Below, piece by piece: positions 1 through 11,200 of a DNA stretch of 64,000 nt; position 1 is the first letter of the stretch; each line of letters starts with the position of its first letter. The notes below the pieces were generated by a model that worked only from the letters and a program-made list of their open reading frames with translations, was not told the DNA's origin and made no database searches. Both the position numbers and the translations under genes were made by a program. The DNA is taken from contig JBHGNT010000015.1 of assembly GCA_043228905.1 (NCBI GenBank), forward strand, positions 682,001-746,000, given 5' to 3'. This DNA is from Azolla caroliniana (taxonomy: Eukaryota > Plantae > Polypodiophyta).

Positions 1-164
1 TTCAGTGATGTCAAAGCCATTGCAGAAGCGTTGTTATGTTATAACTGCGAGGGCTCGATCTTTCTTATATCATCAAGTAATATTCTTCCTGAAACTTTAG
101 TTCCAATAGTTTGGTTGAATTGTTCTAATAGTTTACCCGTAGCATTTTTTATGTATCATTTTAG

Positions 165-554
165 GTTCGGTTAATGGTTGGACTTTTAAAAGCAGTTGGT
201 GCAGGGGATGTACACATAAACAAAGGTAAGTACAGTCTATTTTTTTGGCATACATATGAGATGTTTGGTGACGTCAAGATGATTTGGCATCAAGGGTTTT
301 GAAAAATCTCTCTTTGATTAGTATTGTGATCATTCCAATGATTATTAACATGATCCTTTTCCTCCTTACTGGTGATTTATGTTTTCTTTATGTGTTCCTT
401 CCGGCTTTACAGTTTCTTCATTAAAGTTGTGGGCATGGCTCTTACAGTGAAAGACATATTAGAAGCCAGAACGGTAACACAAACACCAGCAATGGCGCCT
501 GCTTGTGGACTCTACCTTGCAGATGTGAAGTATGAATTTGGGGACATGGAGTGA
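165..554 (+). CDS. 3' end (last two exons) of a TruA-family tRNA pseudouridine synthase
   Basis: Exons 165-225 (ttttag| ... |gtaag) and 448-554 (cttacag|) join to VRLMVGLLKAVGAGDVHINKVKDILEARTVTQTPAMAPACGLYLADVKYEFGDME*. This matches the TruA C-terminal 'VR.MVG.L..VG.G' and 'APA.GLYL..V.Y' motifs. The gene starts upstream of the window. Confidence 0.88.
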
Positions 555-1199
555 TGGAGACAGGTTGGCTCATTGCAGTACAGTGATCTTTCGCTCGCGC
601 TCTCTTTGGTGAAGATCATTCTTTGAGAAAAGATTAACAAAACTGTGTAATTCTCACAAGACATTCTAGAGGTGGGAATTCTGAACGATTCAATTCATAA
701 ACCATATAAGCGTGGAAAGAAAAAGAATGTTGTGGCATGTTGAATACCGAGCAAGATTTTGAGTGAACATATGCAGTACACAACATGTTTGTTCCTTGGA
801 ATGCATTAATAATGCTGGTGAGTGAGTGCATTCATGTATCTATTAATCAATCACGCGAATAGAACTAAAAGCATCAAATTTCTTTGTCGTGCTGAAAATA
901 GCACCATGAAGAAGAATCAATTTCTAGAAATTAACCACACCTCTGTAATAATTTTTAATGGCATCTATACTTAATATTATGTGAGCTATTTTTCAAATAA
1001 AGTCTGTATGTCACAAAGGCATTTTGTGCTTTACAAATTTTCTGGTTACTCATTTTAATATTTATGAAAGAATTAAATTTGTTTCTTAGAAAGTGTCCTT
1101 GACAGTTGATACTATGCCTAGAGAACATCTCGAACAAAGATCCATGCACCCAAATTTGCCTCTAATGGTATGTGGGCTATATATGCACTCAATGTGCAA

Positions 1200-2549
1200 G
1201 AGTTATGTGGGCCATATATGGACTCTATGAGCAATTATTGGGATGAGTTAGGTGTCAAAGGGAGTTACTAAAGCTAATGACAAGTACAATTGATGTGAAG
1301 CTAGAGTGCCCATTATTCCCAACCCTGTTTTTAGCTGTATGTTGACAGAGTAGTGGAAACATCACATATGTTAGTGGTGGGGAATTGACACAATAGGTGT
1401 GCCCATCCACATTTTTCTTTATGTTGACGGCATAATATTGGTGCTTGAATCTCATGCAAGTCTACATCCTCGCAATGCTCTAAATGGTTTTTGTTGTGAA
1501 AAAGGCCTTATGATAAACTTGGGAAAGACTAAAGCTATGATCTTCCACACGTTGACTTGCAAACAAGTTACCATCACCCTATTCAAATAGCAAGTGAAGT
1601 ATTGGATATATGTCTATTTATGTATGTATGTTCACTCAAGATATGCAACTCTAACCATGGTAGATTGACAATATCAACACACACATACTTCCAAGAGCAT
1701 TGTACTTGGTGTGTGACAAAAAGTGTCAGTGTGATGGGGGATAAACAATGATTAAGTAAATTATGACTGGGATATAGTTTTGAGGGGGATTTGGGGAGGA
1801 TCTATCAAATTTACTTTTGACTAAATAGGAGTGGGGGGTCTTAGACTTGGTCCAACAAAGTATGGTTATTTGAGGCCATGTTCACTCTTACCCTCATGTA
1901 TGATAGATGCAATCCATTGTTGTTAAAAAACGTGTCCTTTATAGATATAGTAAGTTTTAGAATACCCACATGTATTCTAAATGTATTCAACCTTTTGGAA
2001 CTGTCATTTTTTTAAAGCCTAAATTTGCAAATAATTTTAATTTTAATTTTCTAGGGTTTTTTTTAGTAGAGAAAAAGAAAATAATTATGTAAATATTGAA
2101 ACACCATTTATCCATGGGCAATAAAGATAATTGGTATTTACTGGATAGTATTCAAATTCCAAGTATCTTTGCATTCAACATCAATGGTGTTCAAGTATTC
2201 GATGTATTCAACGTATTTTACCTTTAAATACGTATTCTAAGAACTTATAAAAAAAATTAGAATACTTATAGAATACGTAACATACGTATTGTACGCGTAC
2301 GACATGCTACATATGTTACAACCATGGTGCAATCATATGGATCCATGTTTGCCCATGGACACAGATATGCAACTCTAGTTGTGGTAGATTGACAATGTCA
2401 ACACACACTTCCAAGAGCCTTGTACCCAAGTATGGAGATTTGACACCATGTTCATTCTTACCTTCATGTATGATGGATGCAATCATATGGGTCCATGCTT
2501 ACCCATGTACACAGATATGCAATTCTAGCCATGCTAGATTGACAATATC

Positions 2550-2582
<33 letters not shown>

Positions 2583-2900
2583 CCAAGAGCCTTGTACTCA
2601 AGTATGGTTATTTGACACCATGATCGTTCATACCTTCATGTATGGAGGCAATCATATGGGTCCATGCTTGCCCATGTACACAATCCATTAGTCATAAGAT
2701 CATGGATGATACATAGTAACGGATCCACCTAACATGAAATTATACGTTTTGAATTGGCAATGTCCCCCACGTTGCCGAAAGCATTTTTCTAGATAATGTA
2801 CCTCATAAGCCAAAATTTAATTGTTCCCCTTGAAAGAATCACACGTATAGTGTTCAGAGCATTGAAGGTGAAGGGAATTGCGATAATAGAACCAATAAAA
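1200..2900 (+). mobile_element. Decayed RTE-type LINE reverse-transcriptase remnant with internal ~150-bp duplications
   Basis: Degenerate 'ST.GVKQGCPLSPTLF'-like segment at ~1280-1330. ORF 1399-1590 HIFLYVDGIIL...NALNGFCCEKGLMINLGKTKAMIFH resembles LYADD...KTKVM. WLFDTMIV..FMYG at ~2605-2645. Block 'agatatgcaactcta...ttccaagagc' recurs at ~1640, ~2362 and ~2513. Confidence 0.6.
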
Positions 2901-5900
2901 AGATCACGGTACTCTAATGTGATGAATTAGTCCAATATCAACATCACGAACTTCTCGTGCTTTCAATATTATAATCTCCAAAATGACAAATGGAACAAGG
3001 TATTGAATAACAATTCTATATAGAAAAGACTTGGACCACACTAAGGGAACCTCTTCCTCACAATGAGGGCTTTTTATAAGTATCACTTTATGAACTTCTA
3101 AGCAAATGGGTTGTGAAAGAAGTTGTGGTACGTGGACATCTACTGCTATCTTTTGGTTGTAAAGGCCAAGTCCCATATTATAGCGGTAAACAACTTGTAC
3201 TTGTTTGGATGGTTTGGCTGAGTCCCATAATATAATGTAAAGCATGGGATCTACATAGAATGGCATTGGATAAAATCTCACTTGTAAATCCCTTTGAAAT
3301 TCAAAGAGTTTAAACAATTATGCCTTGGGTTCAAGTAAAAAGCTTTATGAGAGAAACATTGTAGGAATGTATAAAGAAGATGAATCTAACACAAATTCAA
3401 ACCCCACCCAAAGAAACATCAATCTTCTCCTAAATTTATTACAACAAAAAAGATATTTCAATGAACAATTGAAGCCAATACCCAAGCTTGATGTTTTTGT
3501 TTTGTAGAGTTATAACTTGATTGTCAGTAACTCCATGCTCAAAATAGTATGTACTACACAAATAAATCCCTCTTGATATTGGCCCACTTAGCAAATTGAA
3601 GTTACTCGATCTAGGGGGGATATAGTTGTAATCTTTCTTGCATATGAACTACTTCACAAGGCCAACTAACTCTACTTGTATAACATAGCTCCTAATGGGG
3701 TTATTTCCTTTCCAATTCTTTGCATGGAAGTCAACTATTCAAGGAACCGAAGTACAATAATTCTTTAGACTTTGACACACATTCAAGAACATTGTGCATA
3801 AGGGTAAGCTAATGGGGGATGTAATGGTGTGAACCACTAACCTATCCTTAATTTAGGTCTAATTTTATGGGAAACATGAGTATTGACTCTTAATGATTCA
3901 TTTACAAATTCCTAGACAATTTTTAATGTACTATAGTGCCTTGTTGATGCCACTAAACCAATTCGGAACCATGGTGCAATCATGGTGAGTACTTATATGT
4001 AGTAGCAACGTTGGTCCAAGAGCCATGGATAATAAAATATAGGTGACGGTAATAATTAAAAATATGCATTCCAAAACCATTATTGGTGTTGAATAATGAT
4101 TTGTACAATTTTCCTCAAGGTTGTTGAATATGCAATATTTAGGATTTTACTCAATAGTGTCAAGGCACATGCAAAATTGACTCTTAGTTTGTTGAACCCA
4201 CCCTTACGTCTTTAACATCTGAACTATTATTATGTCTACGAGGGGCTCATCCATAGGTTTGGGGGGGGGTTGGGGGGATGAGGGAGGAACCCTACAAGTG
4301 TGTAGTCCCTATATCTCAAAACAATAACACGAAAAAACAACTGTCTATTCACAATCTAGCTCAACTATAGTTGAAAGTGTTGATGTATAAAATTTAATCG
4401 TTGATGACATTTGTGAATTGAAATGGGCCACATGGGCAATTCCAGCTAATTATGTACATTGTTTCAAAGAAGTCCTCTTAAGAGTTTTGATTCTACTTGC
4501 CAATAACATTGCCTTCATTGCGTCACACATGTACATGATGTGACTAATTAACGTATTTTAATTTGCAATATGATTTTTTTTGGTATGCACATAAGTTCTA
4601 ACTTCTAATTAACACAAATTGAATGTGCTACCCAAAGCTTATATTGTTAGTGTTCAATAAAGCATGTAGATTATGCTGCGTAAATATGAGATTAGGGATT
4701 TGGGTTTGAAATGTTGCAACGTATAATTAGTAATTTGAATCTAAACTATCACAACAAAAATGTTCATGTTAGCACGAATAATTCTATATTAAGTTGCATC
4801 CTTTCTAGGAACAAAATGAGATAGTGGCACAAACCTTCTTGCTTGTGCATTCCATTATCTAGGTTTCATATCTATGGGGATAGAGAGCACAATAAGTAAG
4901 AGAAGCAAACTACCTCAAGTTCCTCACATTCAATAGGATTAATAATGCGAACAGATACCAATTTCATTAGAGGGAGTCGGGACAATAACAAAACAACAAA
5001 CAAGTGCATGCATCATCTTTTGTTTTTCCTCGGGAGCAAACATTTGTAACATGCTTGGGGATGGATACATCGAGAATCCATAAACACTCCTAACATAATA
5101 AAGGAAAGGATAAAGGTGATGTAGTTGAAGTGAAATAAGATCCCTTTGTCTATGATTGTATTTTGGTATGGAGAATAATGAGATGCCCAAGTTGATCGCA
5201 CAAAAGGGCGAATCATTTATGTGTCTCAAAAGGACCCACAATCTGAAATGTTGAATGAGTTACGAAACTAATGCTTATTGTCATGAAAATTCTGTAACAC
5301 GTTATTTTCAAATTTGCCAGGGAAAGGAAAACGTGAATAGTGCATTGTTTTCTAGTCACCCTTAACTTATGTTAATAATTTAGCAAAAAGTTCATATCAA
5401 TAGAATTATAATACAAAAGGTTATGTGCATAACACATACAAGGCCAAGTTATTTATTTCATGGTAGTGCCATAAAGTTGAGTTATTCTTCTTAGTGAAAA
5501 ACGAGAATCTTTCTTATATCCTTCTTGGTTCATTTTTCTTGTATGTATATGTATCTAATGATTTTATGGTTTCTATCATTTTTTGAGCCTATTTTCTATG
5601 TAACTACAAAGAGAGATCCACTGGGTTTTACTTGAAGAAAGAAAACTCACAACTATTCTCATCTTGAAGTATATAGGCTTTACTTGTAACTTTTCAAACT
5701 AGGGCTCTCGAAACAATAGACTGATTTCCTGGAGAGGCCATGCTACAAGACTTTAATAATTGTAGTCCAATAATCTTTGTAGCATAGGGTGGTGTCGGTC
5801 TAAGCTTAGAAACACAGAATTTTATATAAAAATTTACATGAATTTTGGGAAGATATTGATGGGATTGTGGACTTAAAAAAGTGAGTACATGAGATTGCGT

Positions 5901-7135
5901 GTGTGCGAGTTCAAATCCAAACGCCACTCTCTTTGAGCCCAAAATGCATTTAACATGTAAATAATTCGCCCACGTGAAAATGAAAGTTGTGTCCTACAAT
6001 TATAGCCAATAAAAAGTAATCGAACTCGATTCCTGTAAAATCAAAACGAATTGAATTCGAACCCTTAATACTTACAAAGAAGAATTGAATTTGATTGTTG
6101 TAAAGTTATCCACCCCCTTCCCAACGTACCTTGTGTTTGTCAGGCTTCATCAATGTTACATATGCATGTATTCATACTAATGCACACACGCACACACATG
6201 TAAAACACACAAAACACAAATGTATATGTATAGTATTTGTGTACGCAAATGTACACACACACATAAGTATTCCAATAACTTAGGAATTGAATCTTATTAA
6301 GCTCTAGTTTGCCTCATAAATAACGATAATCCTCAACACAACATTACGTTGGGAGAAACACAGAAAAAGGAAAAGAAATAATCCTAGGATAACTTCGTCA
6401 AATTATTTTATGACATGGTAAACAAACTTGGTTCTGGTTGGAGATTGGTGTAATGGGGGGGTTAATGAGTTACTCGTAGGTTGTGTCTCCACATGCATGC
6501 ATCTTTTTCCACGACACAAAGTGGAGATTTCAATACAATCTCAATAACAGTTGACTACATGTAGAATCATCGTCCGCTTTTTGGTTGAACAATGTGAACA
6601 TTCCATTAAGAGTTTATTTGCATATGGGTGACATAAAAAATAATGTACCAAAACGATGCTCACAAAGTTGTTTTGTTTACTTAGAGAAGAAGCACGAGCA
6701 TGCTGCCATACAGTGGCGATTGGCACCGGGGGCACTCGCGAGCAGCATATAGTAATTGATGGCAATGTTTCTCGTCAGGAGGCAATAAAAAAAGTGTAGT
6801 TTTCGGGGATGGGGAAGTATATGCCAAGGTCTGAGGTCTTGGTGGGCAGGAATGGTCTGAAAAAGACGAGTCACGAGACTATGCATGGTATGAGCACTGG
6901 TGAATGAATGAATGGGCAGGCCAGGTGGGTTCGGGAAACGGGCGGGCAGGGTGTCTATTCTCACTCGTTTGGGATGGCCGGATCATGGGCACTAGTGAAT
7001 GGAATGCCCAAGCGCCGGTGTTCTCAGGAAATGGGCGGGCAGGCGGGATTTGTCGGGCATCTATATTGTCGGGATTCATCCATGGCAGTCTGGTAACCTC
7101 TGGTTTTCTCTTTCTTCTTCTTGTTCCTTGGACCC

Positions 7136-7262
7136 CATCATCACCATGATGATGATGGTTCATGATGATGATGATGATGATCATCATCATCATGATCATC
7201 ATGATCATCATGTGTTAATGTGTTAACAGATACATGATGATGATGATGGTGATGATGATGAG
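7136..7262. repeat. (GAT)n/(CAT)n trinucleotide tract, partly self-complementary
   Basis: GAT runs switch directly into CAT runs at ~7180; a second GAT run lies at 7233-7260. Confidence 0.85.
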
Positions 7263-7362
7263 GAGCATCCATCGCTACTGGAGGAACAGTGGCTTCCCCC
7301 TCAGCATCTTTCTTCGTAGGCGCAGGTACTCTTGCTCCGCAGCTATGGCAGCCTTTTGAGCG

Positions 7363-7391
<29 letters not shown>
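7363..7391. repeat. (CT)n microsatellite in the pyrimidine-rich 5' region of the SPL gene
   Basis: Direct reading; followed by a (CCT)n run at ~7463-7487. Confidence 0.85.
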
Positions 7392-7397
<6 letters not shown>

Positions 7398-8274
7398 CCT
7401 TCCCCCCCACCCCCCCCTCCCCTGCCTCTCCATGCCTTGCTTTACTTTCATCCTCCAGCCATGCCTCCTCCTCCTCCTCCTCCTCCTCTCTTCCCTTCCT
7501 TGCAGCTCTCCTGGCCCCCTTCCTTCTCCCGTTTCCCCCTCAAGCTCCCTGCCAAACCCTAATTTTGTCCTTCTGCCACATTAAGCAGCATTTCGACCGA
7601 CCGGCCGCCTCTGCTGCCTTCTGTCGCGCAGGGGATAAAAAAGAAAACCTTCGCCTGGTTGTCTCCCATCTCCCCCGTTCTTCTGCAACAGCCTGAAGCC
7701 GAACAGAGCGAGAAATGTCTGTGTAGTCGAAAAAGCTTCCTGGCCATGACCATCACAATTCCTTCACAGTTGAGTTGGAAGAGGAACGGTACTAAGTTTT
7801 CATATTTTATACAGTTAATTTGCTTATATTTAGTGTAATTGCGAAGCTGCGAGTGGAGCTGGAACATAAGCAGTATGGAATTTGCATATATTTGCCTCGT
7901 CAGTCTAGTAACGCTGTGAACATCTGGCCTAAAGGCAAAGCTTTGAAATATAGAGTGGAGGTGGAAGAGAAACTGCACGAGAATGGCTTATATTTCTAGA
8001 CATCTAGTCATGAAACTCTGTGGAATGTAATGAAATGGCGAAGCTGTGAGGGTTGCCGGAAACGAAACGCTTATATTCTCATAATTAATCTAGAAATGCC
8101 ATAAAATTTAGAGTAATGGCGAAGCTGTGAGAGATAGGAGCAAGAACAAGGTCAGATTCTCACACAGTGGAGCTGGAAGAAAAACGGTACTGTTGCTTCT
8201 ATTTCCAAGAAACCCTCTGAAATTCTACATAATGCTGAATCTGTGAGGGTAAGAACAAGAACAAAGTCAGATTC

Positions 8275-11200
8275 ATGGATAATAACTCCACAGTTCACAG
8301 AAATTTTGGGTTTTTAAGCAATGCAGGCTTTTCCATGGAAGAGAAGAATGGAAATATGGAAAGTTCACCACATTTTGGCTTTGATTCAAAAGATTCTGGA
8401 GGTTCTGGTGAAAGTAACGTAAATCAGACAGCTGTGGTTGGAGGTTCTGATGCTAATAAGGGAAACGAGGCTGCTATAGCTGGAGGTTTTGGCTCTAATA
8501 AGGGAAACCAGCAGGCTATGGGAGGAGGTTTGTGTTCTAATATGGGAAACCAGGCGGAAACTGCTGCAGATTCATGTGGTAATGAGAGAAACCAGTCAGC
8601 TATGGTGGCTGGAGGTTTTGGTACTCGTAAGGGAAACCAAGTGGCCATGGCTGGTGTTTCTGGTGCTAATAGGGGAAATGAAGCCATCATAGCTGCCATG
8701 CCTCTCAATGTTGCATGTCCTGAGGACTCGACTTGGTCTTCTGTATCATCTGCAAATGGAATTATCTCTGTTGTTCCTGGAAAGGGACGAATGTCGGCTT
8801 CTGAAGCTAGCCCCATTGGAGGATCTGTAACATCCAATGATAACATGATTGGCCTGGAGCTTGGAAAACGGACTTACTTTGAGGTACCAGGAGGAAGTGG
8901 TAGCACTAATACGCAAGGGCCCAACCAGACTCTTCCTAAAAGGCCCCGTGCTTCTGGTCAAACTCCAAAATGCCAAGTCGAAGGATGCAAGGCCGACCTT
9001 TCTTCTGCGAAAGAATATCATCGCCGTCATAAAGTTTGTGCCATTCACTCTAAAGCCACGCAGGTGATTGTTGGAGGCCAAGAACAACGGTTCTGCCAGC
9101 AATGCAGCAGGTACACTATTCTATGTCTTCTTCTCGTTAGTTTGATTGTTGAAAAAAGGAGCTTGTTGTCAGCAAGGCTTAACTTTTGCAATTATTAACC
9201 AGAAAGGACTGCATCAATGGCAGTGATTTTTCTAGATCGAGTATAAGATTCTTCATGTTCCCAATGGCTGGTCCATTAAAGCTGAGAACCTTCCAAGAAT
9301 ATATCTGGATGCATGATATGCTCCGTGATTAGTCCAAATAAATAATATATAAAAATGCACCTTGCTGTCTCTGCTGTGAGTAGGGGATACAATGTAATTT
9401 AGAGATAGAAATGAACCTTGAGGGGTTTTCGGCTACAAGACTGCCTATGAATGTAAGTAACATGAATCACCCAACCATAGCGATGGTCAGGAGACTCCCT
9501 TCTGTGCTAGGGCAGTGTCTGACGATTACTTATAGCAAAAGGATTAAAACTAGGGAAACAAGGTCCTGGGAACTCATTTTAGAGATCCAAAAGGATCAAA
9601 ACTTGGCAAAAGAGGTTCTGCATAACCTGCTTAGAATTACAGAAATTTGAAGAGCCTTGATTATGTTGAAATCCAGTCCTAAATTGTCAGTTACTCAGTT
9701 CTATGCATTCTATTCCCTTGTTATCTATGCAAGTTTTTGAACCTTGTTGACCTGGGATACTCAGATAGAAAAGCATCAGCAATGAAGATAATTTCCCAGG
9801 CATACCAGGAAATCACGAATAATGTTCCAGATAATTTCAGATCCTCAAATTGAACCATTTCTTGGTTTGTGCATGCAATCCTTGTGCAGGAACCATGCAA
9901 GTCTTCTCTGTATGGCTCTGATTTTATTCTGAGAAAATCTGTGTCAGCTACGTTGGGAGAAGTGTGGAACTATAAGACTTGAGAGAGACGGACAATAGGA
10001 GGGTGGAAAATGAAGAAACATAGAATTTGTTGCAAGCTCGAAAAAATAGACAAACTCAAACCTAGGGTAGATACCAAATGTTTGAGACAGGTTTGATAGA
10101 TTTCAGAAAGCCTTGTTAACCAGGAGACAATGGGAGGGTGGAAAATGAAGAAACCGAGAATTTGATGAAAGCTAGAAAAAATAGACAAACTCAAACCTAG
10201 GGTAGATACCAAATGTTTGAGATAAGTTTGATAGATTCCAGATCAAGAGAAAGGGTTGTTAACCAGGATACACAAAAGGAAAGTATTCCCCACAAATATC
10301 AGTAAATCATGGATATGATATTCAGATTGAGCACCGAAAAAATGTGTTTTGAACTGCGAAAGTTTTTGCCTCTGCTAGTTTGGCAGAAATGCTGCTCTAT
10401 GAAGCTTGCTTTTGAGACCACCTGAAGAATCTGAACAAACTATCCAGAAAGCGATCCAGAACATTGTTCAAACAGAAGGGGAAACCCTCAATTTCAAATC
10501 CTCCTCCGTAAGTCTTCCTCTAGTCGGAGAGCGGGAAGAAATTCTGTATTTTTCAATAAAACTCTAGGATGGGTTGACTGTTGAATTGGCAGCAAACAAA
10601 AGACTTTGGCAATGGTTAAAAGTGCCTTTGTAATAAACATTCATTCAAGGATTTTCCTAAAAAGATGTGTACACTTCTGTTAAAATTAATGTCCAATTGA
10701 GAGGGGACAAGACTCAGATGATTCTGACACTGGAACCAATTTAGTGATGGAAATCTCCCTCTCTAAAGACATATCCCCATCGAAGAATCTCTATTAGATA
10801 CTCCTTCCATGCACCCTGCTGTCCGCAATGAATCTGGAGAGTAAATATGTACCTTACGATCCTCTATGAATTTGGCAGCTCTTTACCTGTAATGCCTTTC
10901 TATTATGTTGTGATCCGAGTGTAGAAATGGGTAGATTAATCTTGGAAGTCAAATAGAGCATAGGGATCTGAATGTAGAGACAAAATGACATAGCTTTGGG
11001 TGGGCTTGTGAGAGTCATGCAATGGGTGAGCTGAGCACTCTTCATAACGATGGCAAGGTTGAGAGTTTGTAGGATTGGAGGTTTCCCATATGGAAAGTCT
11101 TATATGTTGAATGGAGGGACTACCCATTCTGGAACTGCCCATTTCATAACAGAGTGAGTAAGAGCTAAGATAGATTGTACTTAAGCCCCCCCTCCTTTTT

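Noticed and set aside
372-447. N-terminal part of ORF 372-554 and the alternative acceptor at 411-412
   Set aside because: Intronic; only the acceptor at 446-447 keeps the TruA frame with the upstream exon.
2904-3900. 137-aa minus-strand ORF and surrounding DNA
   Set aside because: No recognisable motif; probably antisense of a very old LINE remnant, too degenerate to call.
6879-7696. His/Asp/Met/Ser/Pro-rich ORFs upstream of SPL
   Set aside because: Products of GAT/CAT, CT and CCT microsatellites; no domain signal.
8424-9102. Antisense ORFs of 140 and 118 aa over SPL exon 1 (also 12208-12591)
   Set aside because: Shadow frames of a real coding exon.
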